A stretch of DNA of 64,000 bases, taken from assembly GCA_040771865.1 (NCBI GenBank), contig JAXGZF010000005.1, positions 186,001 to 250,000 on the forward strand, in the 5' to 3' direction. Source of the DNA: Desulfobacterales bacterium. Its GTDB lineage: Bacteria; Desulfobacterota; Desulfobacteria; Desulfobacterales; UBA2245. The notes under the pieces are model-generated. The model was not told the DNA's origin. It saw only the letters and a program-made list of their open reading frames with translations, and ran no database searches. A program made the translations under genes and the position numbers. Shown piece after piece: positions 1 to 10,200 of the stretch; position 1 is the first letter of the stretch; each line of letters starts with the position of its first letter.

Positions 1-20
1 TCGGCTATTCTGAGTTCGAC

Positions 21-1832
21 ATGATCGGGCACACAACACGGATGCTGTACGAAAATGAAGCGGAATATGAACGGGTAGGCCGGGAGTTGTACGCAGATCT
101 TCCGGGACGCGGTCTGGCTTCCGTCCAAACAAGGCTTCGCCGAAAAGACGGCGTTTTTCGGGATGTTGTCTTGACAGCCGCGCCGCTCGAATCGATGGAT
201 TCCTCTTTCAGAGCGATCATCGCGATTCAGGATATTACCGAACTCAAACAAATTGGGGAAGAATTGAGAGAGAGCCGCAGACAGCTCTCGGATATTATCG
301 AGTTTTTGCCCGACGCCACTTTTGTCATCGACAAGATGAGCAGGGTTATTGCCTGGAACCGGGCCATAGAGGTTATGACCGGAATCAAAAAGGAGAATAT
401 GCTCGGCAGGGGAAACTACGAATATGCGCTGCCTTTTTATGGGGAAAGAAGACCCATTCTGATCGATCTTGCCCTGAAAACGGATCGGAACATTGAAAAA
501 CAGTACACGGCCATTCAAAGAGGTGAAGACATGATCTTCGGCGAATCCTTTACCCCGAACCTGATGACCGGAGATATTCACCTTTCTGCAACTGCATCGG
601 TTCTCCGTGATTCCCGGGGAGAGGTTATCGCTGCGATCGAATGCATACGAGACAATACGGAGCGTAAAAGACTTGAGGAGCGTCTGAACCGGGCAGAGAA
701 AATGGAAGCGCTGGGAACGCTTGCCGGCGGCGTGGCTCACGATCTCAATAATATTCTGGGGGTTCTGACGGGATATTCCGAATTGCTTATAGATAAACTG
801 CCCTGGGACAGCCCTCTGAGACGTTATGCCGAAAACATTCTGAATTCCGGAATGAGGGGCGCTGCCATCATTGAGGACCTCCTGACGCTGGCCAGAAGGG
901 GAGTGAACGTTTCTGAAGTCGTGGATCTGAACAGAATTATTTCAGGCTATCTTAAAACACCGGAGTTTGAGGGGTTGAAATTCCATCACCCGGATGTGAA
1001 TATTCGGGCCGAGATGGATGATAACCTTTTAAGAATCAAGGGGTCGCCCGTTCATCTGGGCAAAACGCTGATGAACCTGGTCTCTAACGCCGCAGAGGCG
1101 ATATCGGGCAGCGGAGAGGTAAGGATTCGAACAAAGAACCGCTATCTGGATCAGCCCATACAGGGATATGACGAGGTCAGGGAGGGAGATTACGTGGTTT
1201 TGACGGTTTCCGACACGGGCAGAGGAATATCCGTCAGAGACCGGACCAAGATCTTCGAGCCCTTCTATACCAAGAAGGTGATGGGAAGAAGCGGAACAGG
1301 CCTGGGACTGACCGTGGTATGGGGCACGGTAAAGGATCACGAGGGGTATATAGATGTTCGAAGCGAAGAGGACAAGGGAAGCGAATTCATGCTCTATTTT
1401 CCCGTTACCCGTGAGGACAAGGGGGATATTGAAACAAACGTGCCTTTTGACGATATTCTGGGCGATGGTGAATCCATTCTGGTGGTGGATGATGTGAAGG
1501 AACAGCGCGAACTGGCGGTGAGCATGCTGGAACGGCTCGGATATCGGGTCGAGGCGGCGGCCGGAGGGGAAGCGGCGATTGAATACCTCAAAAACAGAAA
1601 AATCGATCTGATGGTTCTGGATATGATCATGGAGCCCGGAATAGACGGACTGGAAACCTATGAAAAGGCCCTTGAAATTAATCCCGGCCAAAAGGCGATC
1701 ATCGTCAGCGGCTTTTCTGAGACGGAGCGGGTCAGAAAGACCCAGGAATTGGGCGCCGGGGAATTTGTCCGCAAGCCCTATATTCTGGAGAAAATCGGTC
1801 TGGCGATTCGAAAGGAACTGGACCGAAAATAG
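21..1832 (+). CDS. Hybrid PAS-domain sensor histidine kinase/response regulator (probably 5'-truncated by window edge)
   Basis: PAS repeats, H-box GGVAHDLNN, N-box NLVSNAAEA, G-boxes DTGRGI and GTGLGL, C-terminal receiver (VVDD...LDMIM...KP). Frame is open back to the window start. Confidence 0.93.
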   Translation: MIGHTTRMLYENEAEYERVGRELYADLPGRGLASVQTRLRRKDGVFRDVVLTAAPLESMDSSFRAIIAIQDITELKQIGEELRESRRQLSDIIEFLPDATFVIDKMSRVIAWNRAIEVMTGIKKENMLGRGNYEYALPFYGERRPILIDLALKTDRNIEKQYTAIQRGEDMIFGESFTPNLMTGDIHLSATASVLRDSRGEVIAAIECIRDNTERKRLEERLNRAEKMEALGTLAGGVAHDLNNILGVLTGYSELLIDKLPWDSPLRRYAENILNSGMRGAAIIEDLLTLARRGVNVSEVVDLNRIISGYLKTPEFEGLKFHHPDVNIRAEMDDNLLRIKGSPVHLGKTLMNLVSNAAEAISGSGEVRIRTKNRYLDQPIQGYDEVREGDYVVLTVSDTGRGISVRDRTKIFEPFYTKKVMGRSGTGLGLTVVWGTVKDHEGYIDVRSEEDKGSEFMLYFPVTREDKGDIETNVPFDDILGDGESILVVDDVKEQRELAVSMLERLGYRVEAAAGGEAAIEYLKNRKIDLMVLDMIMEPGIDGLETYEKALEINPGQKAIIVSGFSETERVRKTQELGAGEFVRKPYILEKIGLAIRKELDRK

Positions 1833-2325
1833 GCAGTAAAAATTCCATCAGCACAATTTCAAGGTTGCACGTTCGCAAAAGCAACATGGCTTGGCGGTTT
1901 GATTTCATTTTTTTTGGAAAATGGGGAAGATTTAACCTGGCGCCGACATTGACTGCGCTTGTTGCGACGGCGATCCAGGAAGGGCTGAAACATATGGATT
2001 GTGGCGCTGCATGAATGCCCGAAAACACCAATCCGGGGCTTTCAAAAAAAACACAGCGCTGGATTTTGAGGCAATTTTCAGGCAATGCACCAGATCACCA
2101 TGTCCTGCTTTGTTGTTGACATCTGGTCCGATACTTTTGTAAAATTTTTTTAAATTCACACACGAATCATCTCTCGCGGCGTATCCTCACTTTATAAGCG
2201 CATCCTGCTCTTCTTTCGGTTTCCGAAGCATTTTTACTTAGATTTTGCAGTTTCAATAGATTTATCAAGAATTACAACGGATTTTGCCCCGCAAGAAAAC
2301 CCCTTAACAGTGAAAGGAGGCAGGT

Positions 2326-2535
2326 ATGTTTGACAGTGTGTATAAAGTCATCGAACTGGTCGGAACCAGCGAAAAGTCATGGGAAGATGCGGCAAAGCAG
2401 GTGGTTGAAACCGCGAGCAAGAGTCTGAAGGACCTGAGGGTGGTTGAAGTCGTCCAGCAGGACATGAAGATCGAAGAGGGAAAGATCGTCGCTTACCGGA
2501 CACGGGTCCATGTCTCGTTTAAATTTGAAAAATAA
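2326..2535 (+). CDS. Dodecin family flavin-binding protein
   Basis: 69 aa, VYKVIELVGTSEKSWEDA...AYRTRVHVSFK signature; SD AGGAGG upstream. Confidence 0.9.
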   Translation: MFDSVYKVIELVGTSEKSWEDAAKQVVETASKSLKDLRVVEVVQQDMKIEEGKIVAYRTRVHVSFKFEK

Positions 2536-2553
2536 ACTGTTCTCAATCCAATC

Positions 2554-2591
2554 AGGCGATGCGGGTCAGGGGGCGGCCCGCATCGCCTTTA
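2554..2591. terminator. Probable bidirectional intrinsic terminator
   Basis: Stem aggcgatgcgggtc / ggcccgcatcgcct between convergent genes. Confidence 0.6.
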
Positions 2592-2630
2592 AAAGCCGGT
2601 TCATGCGGCTTGAGGCATATTGCTGAGCCG

Positions 2631-3599
2631 TCAGGCATGATTTCTCAGCTTCAGAGCGACTGGATGGGGCCGAAGGTATGTCTGCTGCCGCAGATAGGGC
2701 TGACTGTATTTCCGCACATAATGATTCAGCAGGGTGATCGGCACGATCAGCGGAACATGGCCCTTTCTGTAATCGTCCAGCACCTCAAGCATTTCCTGTT
2801 TTTCGTCCGCGGAAAGATCCTTTTTGAAATACCCCAGAACATGCTGCAGCACATTGATGTGTTTTCTGATCGTGGCCTTCAGACCGAGCGCCGCCATCAG
2901 CAGCTCCTCGTAGCGGTCAAACAGCGCGTCCGGCAGAAGGGCGTGCGGATCGGCGACCAGTTTTCCCATCTGCCGGTAATGCTCGGGGCTGTGAGACAGG
3001 ATCAGAAGCTTGTGGCGGGTGTGAAAATCCACCAGAGCGCCGGCTGTCCGGCTTTTGGCAAGAAGGCTCCGCCACCGCCTGAGTGTGAAAATCCGTTCGA
3101 TGAAATTTTCCCTCAGGACCGCATCATGCAGCCTGCCGTCCTCCTCAACCGGAATGCGGGGAAAGTGTTCCATAAAGGCTTTTGCAAAAAGGCCGACCCC
3201 TGTTTTGGCCGGCATGCCGTTCTGTGCGTAAACCTTGACCCGCATCATGCCGCTGCTGGGGGATCGGCTCTTGAAGATGAATCCGCAGAGATCTTCCTTT
3301 TCGAGCTCCCGCACCCGTGCGCCGGCCCAGTCGAGCATCCGGCCGGTATGATCCATGAGGCTGCGGACGGTCATCAGCCGGGGCGAGGCAGGATCGCCTA
3401 CCAGCCGCATGGCTTCGCGGGGAACGCCCAGACCGCATTCCACCTCGGGACAGACACCCACAAAGGTCACATAAGGTCCAAGCGTCTGGGTGATGAGGGG
3501 GTCGTGCTTGTGCCCCCCGTCGTAGCGCACGTTCTCGCCCAGAAGGCAGGCGCTGATGCCGATCTTGATTGTGTCGTCTGAATCCGGCGCGCTTATCAT
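2631..3599 (-). CDS. DUF523/DUF1722 (YbgA-like, 2-thiouracil desulfurase family) protein
   Basis: IGISACLLGENVRYDGGHK, CPEVECGLGVPRE, KSRSPSSG; C-terminal DUF1722-like FHTRHKL. Confidence 0.88.
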   Translation of the reverse strand: MISAPDSDDTIKIGISACLLGENVRYDGGHKHDPLITQTLGPYVTFVGVCPEVECGLGVPREAMRLVGDPASPRLMTVRSLMDHTGRMLDWAGARVRELEKEDLCGFIFKSRSPSSGMMRVKVYAQNGMPAKTGVGLFAKAFMEHFPRIPVEEDGRLHDAVLRENFIERIFTLRRWRSLLAKSRTAGALVDFHTRHKLLILSHSPEHYRQMGKLVADPHALLPDALFDRYEELLMAALGLKATIRKHINVLQHVLGYFKKDLSADEKQEMLEVLDDYRKGHVPLIVPITLLNHYVRKYSQPYLRQQTYLRPHPVALKLRNHA

Positions 3600-4003
3600 G
3601 GCGATTCCATTTCCGTTTTCGAATCCGCTCCGATCAGAGGAAGCGTCTTATCCAGTTTAAAATAAACCAGAAAGCGGATTGTGACGCCTTCCGGATCTTT
3701 TGGGCGATCATGGCGTCGGCGCAGTTTCTCAATCAGATCCGGATCGGTTTCCTCGCGTGTTTTGGTCAGAAAAAGGCGGAGGCCCTGAAACCCGGCGCCT
3801 TTCTCGATGAACAGATAGGCCGCATGCGGGTTGGATTGCAGATTGCGATGGGTGAGCCGGTCGCGCATGATAAACGCCAGGGTTCCGTCTTCCATGAAAT
3901 GGGGACGGGAATAGACTGCGGCGTCTACCTTTCCTTCGGCATCGGCGGTCGCCAGAACGCCGACGCCTTCTGTATTTTCAAAATAGGTTTTCAGATCCGT
4001 CAC
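3596..4003 (-). CDS. Pyridoxamine 5'-phosphate oxidase-like FMN-binding protein
   Basis: GVLATADAEGKVDAAVYSRP...NLQSNPHAAYLF; overlaps both neighbours by 4 nt. Confidence 0.8.
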   Translation of the reverse strand: MTDLKTYFENTEGVGVLATADAEGKVDAAVYSRPHFMEDGTLAFIMRDRLTHRNLQSNPHAAYLFIEKGAGFQGLRLFLTKTREETDPDLIEKLRRRHDRPKDPEGVTIRFLVYFKLDKTLPLIGADSKTEMESP

Positions 4004-5544
4004 GGGGTTTGCGTCCTTTCGTCGGGATTGTCGATTCTAGGGGCTTTTTCATCCATCGCATTCGGAGGCATCAATTCCGATTCCTGCGGATCCGGCGTGA
4101 AGGGCTCGGGTCCCCAGGTAATGGGGTGGTTCATCGCACCGGCGATGTTTTTCAGCATGTTGCCGAAGATCAACTGATGGAAGGGATACATGCTGTACCA
4201 GTAGAGCAGTCCGGCCAGGCCGCGGGGCAGGAACCTCGATCGCTGCTGCAGCTCGCATGTGCCGTCTCCCAGGTCGAGAATGCGGAATTCCATCAGGGCT
4301 TCTCCCGGAAGTTTCATTTCGGCGACCAGAACCAGCCGGCCTGGCGGGTCCACCTCAACGACCCGCCAGAAATCCAGCGCGTCTCCGACGAAAAGCTCGG
4401 AAGGATGGCGTCTGCCGCGATCCAGACCCACGCCGCCGACCAGCCGGTCGAGAAAGCCCCGCAGTTTCCAGAGAAAATTGCCGAAATACCAGCCCTTGAT
4501 GCCGCCGATGCGGGCAATCGGTTCCCATATCTCCTCCCGGGTCGCCCGCATGCGAACCTTGTAGCAGCACTGCACCACGGCGCCGCCGGCGTAATCAACA
4601 TCGCCGCTTAGACTCCATTCGGGGAGCGCCACGGCGCCGGCGTCCGACCATCGGGTTTCGACAAGCTCCTCCTGCACTCTTTCCAGGGCCAAGTGAATGG
4701 TTTCCCGGCAGCCGAGCAGTTTCTGCGGGATCAGGGTTCGAATCTGCTCATCCTCAGCAACCATGGGACGACGCCAGGCTTCGGTCAGGTCCCAGGCCGC
4801 CGCGGCCGGCACCGGAGTGATCAGGCTGATCCACCAGGCATTCAGGGGGGCGGATTGAATCGGCACGCTGATGGTCAAACGTCGGACAAGGCCCGCCTCC
4901 TCGGCGTACATCTTCATCAGGTCCAGGTAGGACAGCACCTCAGGGCCTCCGATGTCAAAGGTCTGTCCCGCGGTCTGTTTGATTTCCAGGCAGGCCGTCA
5001 GATAGTGCAGAACGTTTCGAATGGCGATCGGCTGGCAGGCCGTGTTGAGCCAGCCCGGCGCGATCATCACCGGCAGGCGGTCCACCAGATACCGCAGGAT
5101 CTCAAAGGAGGCGCAGCCGGAGCCCAGAATCATCGGCGCTCTGAGAACGGTTGCCGGCACGGGCCCGCTCCTTAAAATCTTCAGATCCGGCGGCTCAACG
5201 CCGAGCCATTCCAGGCAGATCACCCTGTCCACGCCGTGAAAACTGGCCGCCTCGATCAGATTCCGGGCCGCTTTTTCAGCCTGTTCGCGCTCGGATCCGG
5301 TGGAAAAATGCACCAGATAATAGATGGCGCGGCACCCGGACACCGCCTGCCGTAACGCATCGGGGTCCATCACATCGGCTTGAACCGGCTCGACGCCCGG
5401 ATCTTCACCCCAGGGCCTGGACCGGATCTTGGCCATGCATCTGGCCATGGCGCGGACCCGGTATCCGGCTTCCACCAGCCGCGGGACGAGACGTCCTCCC
5501 ACATAGCCGGTGGCGCCGATGACGAGTATGGGGGCCTTGTTCAT
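4000..5544 (-). CDS. Atypical SDR/NAD(P)-binding protein with DUF2867 (YbjT-like)
   Basis: GATGYVG Rossmann motif; C-terminal GDALDFWRV...AEMKLPGEA...GLLYWY. Confidence 0.87.
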   Translation of the reverse strand: MNKAPILVIGATGYVGGRLVPRLVEAGYRVRAMARCMAKIRSRPWGEDPGVEPVQADVMDPDALRQAVSGCRAIYYLVHFSTGSEREQAEKAARNLIEAASFHGVDRVICLEWLGVEPPDLKILRSGPVPATVLRAPMILGSGCASFEILRYLVDRLPVMIAPGWLNTACQPIAIRNVLHYLTACLEIKQTAGQTFDIGGPEVLSYLDLMKMYAEEAGLVRRLTISVPIQSAPLNAWWISLITPVPAAAAWDLTEAWRRPMVAEDEQIRTLIPQKLLGCRETIHLALERVQEELVETRWSDAGAVALPEWSLSGDVDYAGGAVVQCCYKVRMRATREEIWEPIARIGGIKGWYFGNFLWKLRGFLDRLVGGVGLDRGRRHPSELFVGDALDFWRVVEVDPPGRLVLVAEMKLPGEALMEFRILDLGDGTCELQQRSRFLPRGLAGLLYWYSMYPFHQLIFGNMLKNIAGAMNHPITWGPEPFTPDPQESELMPPNAMDEKAPRIDNPDERTQTP

Positions 5545-5573
5545 GAAAAAAATCTTTCAATCCGGAAAAAATC

Positions 5574-7085
5574 TTATTTTTCCTTGTGCTTCATGGACTC
5601 AATTCCGGTTCGAAGCTCAAGCCAGTCGTTGAGTTCCGCGATATTTCGCGTCAACTGATACCGGCCTTCGGCAAAAACGCCGTAATCGCCGCCTCCGGCC
5701 ATGGCCGCGGCAAACCGGATCGTGTTGGCATAAAACAGCCAGGTGCTGCACCAGGTTTTTTCGATGGCTTCGTCAAACGGGCTTGCGTTCTGGCTCAGCC
5801 CCTGGGCGAATCCCTGTTTCCAGATTTCCGCCATGATGGTGGTGGCGGTAGCGACGCTTTGGTTGGTTTCCGCGATGGTATGCTCATAGCGGTCCCAGTG
5901 GGTCTGAATCCAAGACTCGCTGTGACAGCTCAGACAGGTTGTCTGCATGGCGGCAGTTCTGGTTTTTTTCGTATTTTCATCGATCAGATGCTCTTTTGCA
6001 TATTCGCCGGCAAAATCCGTGGGGAGCGGCAGGCCGTCTTTGTTCCGGATTTGGGTCGTGTCAGGCGATGCGGGCTGGGGATGGGCGTAGATCAGCCCGA
6101 AAATCCGCCAGCCGAGCCGGTCGCTCATCTGGTGGGTTCTCTCGACAATCACGTTGCCGTCAGGACTGGTCAGAAGGCTCACATGACAGGCCGCACAGGT
6201 GGGAGCGGTAAAGTCCTTGCCCACCGTCCAGGGAACGGCCTTGAATTCCCAGTCCTTGTTTTGGGAGGCGAAAATATTGCCGTGTTTGCTGGAGTCGTAC
6301 ACCTTGTAGGCCGGAACGTCGGGCCCGATATGGCATTCCTTGCAGGTATAGGGCTTTCTGGCGACTTCGATGGAAAAGCCGTGCCGGGTATGGCAGGAAG
6401 AGCATGCGCCCAGGCTGCCGTCCGTGTTGATTCGTCCGACGCCCTGATTGGGCCAGCCGTTGATGATCGGAAAGTCCATTTCACCCAGATCCGTATCCCG
6501 GGTTCGAACTCCGGTCACTTCCAGCCGGGTTCCGTGGCAGTAATAACACCCCTCGGCCCGTGTGACGTCATCCGCAGGGGTAAAACTCACCTTGCCGCCG
6601 GAAAATTCCGGTTTTCCGATAATGGTCTGCATCAGATTCTGGTATACGGCGTTGTCATCTAGATTGGCGTAGGCGTGGGCCATGATGTTCAGGCCGTACT
6701 GGTCTGTTTCCTGCCGGTGACAGGTCGCGCAGTCTTCGGGACTGACCACGACATGAATCTGAAATCCGTTGTGCTCGAAAGCATCGGCATGGAGGTCGTT
6801 TCGCATGGAATGGCATTCCGCGCAACCGACAGCGGTTTCCTGAAGGGATTCCGGGATCTTTTCGGACGAAACTTTTTTCCCGATTCCCTGAACGCTCATG
6901 GCCTCCTTGACGGTGGTTGCAGCGTGCCGGCTGTGGCGCCAGTCCTCAACGATTCCGGGGTGAATCGATTCATGGCACCCCAGGCACTCCCCGGTAGCGG
7001 CGCTCACCCGATGCTGGGCGGACCAGGCGGTTTGAAACCAGCACAGAGAAAGCAGAAGCGACAGCAGACAGGAAAGATGTTTCAT
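5574..7085 (-). CDS. Periplasmic octaheme cytochrome c, hydroxylamine oxidoreductase (HAO) family
   Basis: Signal peptide; eight CxxCH motifs (CLGCH, CAECH, CATCH, CYYCH, CSSCH, CKECH, CAACH, CLSCH); WPNQGVGRIN.DGS.G.C and SSKHG motifs. Confidence 0.9.
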   Translation of the reverse strand: MKHLSCLLSLLLSLCWFQTAWSAQHRVSAATGECLGCHESIHPGIVEDWRHSRHAATTVKEAMSVQGIGKKVSSEKIPESLQETAVGCAECHSMRNDLHADAFEHNGFQIHVVVSPEDCATCHRQETDQYGLNIMAHAYANLDDNAVYQNLMQTIIGKPEFSGGKVSFTPADDVTRAEGCYYCHGTRLEVTGVRTRDTDLGEMDFPIINGWPNQGVGRINTDGSLGACSSCHTRHGFSIEVARKPYTCKECHIGPDVPAYKVYDSSKHGNIFASQNKDWEFKAVPWTVGKDFTAPTCAACHVSLLTSPDGNVIVERTHQMSDRLGWRIFGLIYAHPQPASPDTTQIRNKDGLPLPTDFAGEYAKEHLIDENTKKTRTAAMQTTCLSCHSESWIQTHWDRYEHTIAETNQSVATATTIMAEIWKQGFAQGLSQNASPFDEAIEKTWCSTWLFYANTIRFAAAMAGGGDYGVFAEGRYQLTRNIAELNDWLELRTGIESMKHKEK

Positions 7086-7232
7086 GAGGACCTCCTTTTA
7101 AATAATGATAATGATTGGGTCAGAATGATTTTCTACCGGGCCGATAAAGCCCTCGGATTCAGACGAACAAGATGATGCATCATCTTGTTTATATCCGTCT
7201 CCTGAAAACAAAGTCAAGCAACCGATCCTTCT

Positions 7233-10200
7233 CTACGGGTTTGCGGAAATCTGGCTCAGAACCTTGTGAATTCGGGAGGATTGGAGCAGAAAAGCTTCAA
7301 GCCTGGCTTGAAGAATGGGGGGGAAAGGATTGCCGTCGGTTTCGATGGCCAGAAACGGAAGCTCTTCAACGGATTGCGCAATCCGGTCGAGAGCCTTGTT
7401 TCCGTTGCCTGAGATCCGCTTTCCCGCAATATTCATTTCACAGTTGAGAATGGCTTCGGACAGACGATTGGGCATGCACCCGAAGGGACCTACGGCGATG
7501 ACGCCGCAGTAAGGGTCCAGTATTTCGGTGATGGCCGCGCCGGTCGTCAGAATGGCCTCGCCGACCAGATGCGGACTGATCAGGCGCCGGCTGTGCTGAA
7601 TGATATGGTCCACATCCTCGTTTCGATCGGAGCACAGGCCGGTTTGAGCCAGAATGTTACGGAATGTTCTTTCCACTTTCTTCATGCAGGCGTTTCGAAG
7701 TCTCTGATAAAGCCGTTTTCCCATGCCTAGAGGATGCGTGGAAAGACGATGCTGCACGCACCAGTCGGTATAATAGATCCATTCAATCACGGAGGAAACC
7801 TTGACGGCAAAACCCTTTCGAGCAAGCATTTCGGGCAGGTGCTGGCGAGAGATGCCGTCGTGACGGACAAATATCTCACCGCTGAGCAGAATCTTGGGCG
7901 TTTCGCACCAGCTGCGGCGCACCGGAATGTTGCCCAGAACGCGGGCGACCCCTTGAATTTCTTCAGCCAGACGTCTTGAACCTTGAAGCGTTTCAAGCCC
8001 CAGAATGATGCGCTGCCACTGGCCGTCAAAGACCTCGAGCGCCGGCTTGCAGTCGACGGCATTGGTCATGAGCGTGGACCGGATTTCTTCCATGATCGAG
8101 GCCAGAACCACGCCGCGCCACAGGTTCATGATCTGTTTTCCGGAAATCAGCCCGGCATAGCTGTTTTCCGCGGAAAGTGACATCAGAGCGACATTCTCGA
8201 AGCCCTGTTTCAAGATGAGGTCGTTTAAAAACACCGAATACTGCCCGTACCGGCATGGACCCGAAGCCGTGGGCATAAAGTAGATGGTCCGTTCCTCGGC
8301 GTTCCGGTTTTCAAGGTGTTTAAAAAGCGTTCCGGTGGTCAGCTGCAGCGGCAGGCATTCCTTGCAGCTGCTGTGAGCCCTTCCAATTTTGAGCGCCTCG
8401 TTGTCCGATGGGGGGAGGGCGGATGCTCGTACTCCGGATTTTCGAAAAGCGGCCGCCAGGGCTTCAGCGCCCAGGTTTCCCATGGAGGGAAAGACCAGGT
8501 GCACTCTCGGATCGTTAATCGGGAGGCGTTTCTGCATCGAATCGATATAAACCGCATGTCCGTTTTCAAAGGAAAGTCCGGCCGGAATAAACGGCTTTAA
8601 AGCCTCTGAAAAAACCTTTCTTTTTTCCAGCTCCCGGTAGCGCACAATGATGTCCAGAAAGGCTTCGATGCGGGTTTCCAGACCGGCGTCGGCCGTATGG
8701 CTGTCCAGCTCGAGAGTCAGGGACGGTTTTTTGCCCATGATGTCGCGGAAATACCCGAGAAGGAAAGAATCCGGACCGCAGGAGAAATTGGTGATGAAGC
8801 ATCCGAAAAGCTGAGAATGCCGCCGAATGAATCGGGCTGCCTTGAGAATGCGCTGACCTGCGGCCCAGTACATGTTGGGTTTTGCCGCTTCTTCCGACAG
8901 CGGTAGAAAATTCAGCGGAATAACACGGATTCCCCGCGAGGCGAGCTTGTGGGGAATTCCCATGTGCGCCTCGGATACTAGGGAGTTGTAGACGCGGCCC
9001 AGAATGACGACCGCAAATTCCTCGGGGGCTTTTTCAAGGTTTTTCAAAATCCTGTCGCCCTCCTGAACCATTGCGTTGAGCACCGTTTTCTGGCGTTCAA
9101 CGGCCCTGTCAAAAGCAATGGCGGCTTTTTCCCGGGATACGCGAAGCGGACGGGCCAGGTCGGCAAAGGTTCTGCGGGCGGTTTGCAGGCCTTGAGAAAA
9201 ATCGATAACCGGTTGCAGGATGCGATCGGATTTTCGAAGCGCCGCCAGATGATCCAGATGCTTGAAAGCCGATGCCAGGTAATAGGGCTCGCCCTGGGAA
9301 AGCGGACAGATTACGCTTGTTTTCTGCGATGGGTCCGAAAAATCCGCCTTGAACTGCGGCAGAAAGATATAATCCGGATGCTTTTCGACGAGGGTGTGAA
9401 AAAACCCGTGGGCCAGTTCGACCGGATAGCAGAAGGGGGCCCGTCTGGCTTCGATTCCTGCCGGGTCGGGTTTTTCCGGAATGAGGACTTGAAATCCGAG
9501 CTGAGTAAAAAATTCATGGTACAGGGGGAAATACGTGTTGACCATGAACGATTTGTTGATGCCGATACTTCGGGCATTTTCTGAATAATGACAGGGCCTT
9601 GTCTCGAAGATCGTGCGCTCGTAATCCGAGACGTGGTTTCGGTTTTGAGCGTCGAGCCGGATTCGGGAGCGGATGTTGACCCACCGGTTGCAGGCGCCGC
9701 CGAACGGGAAGACCGCGCCGTCGATGATGATGCGGGATATCTCGCACTTGCGGTCGCATCGATCCGCGCCGCCCCTGCAGATGAAACTCTTTCCGTATTC
9801 GAGCGACCGGTTTTCGAGGGCATGCAGCGGGAAGCCTTGTTCCTTCATCAGGCCCAGTTCGATTTTCCGTTCGACCTCGAGCGCCACGCCGAAGGCGCCC
9901 ATCAGGTGAGGATCCGGCGGAACGATGATGTCCTTTCCGGTCAATGCGGCCATGGCCAGCGGCACGGCCCGGTTGCAGCATACGCCTCCCTGCATGAAGA
10001 CCTTTTTGCCCACCGGCCGGTTGCCCTTAACCCGGTTGGCGTAATTCATGCAGATCGAGTAAACCAGCCCGGCCACGATATCCGGAGTTTCAGTCCCTTC
10101 CTGAAAGGCGTTCTTGATGTCGCTGCTGATGAAAGCCGCGCACTGATCGTTGAAATTCGGGGGATGCTTTCCCTGCATGGCGGCCGAAGCGATCTGCTCC

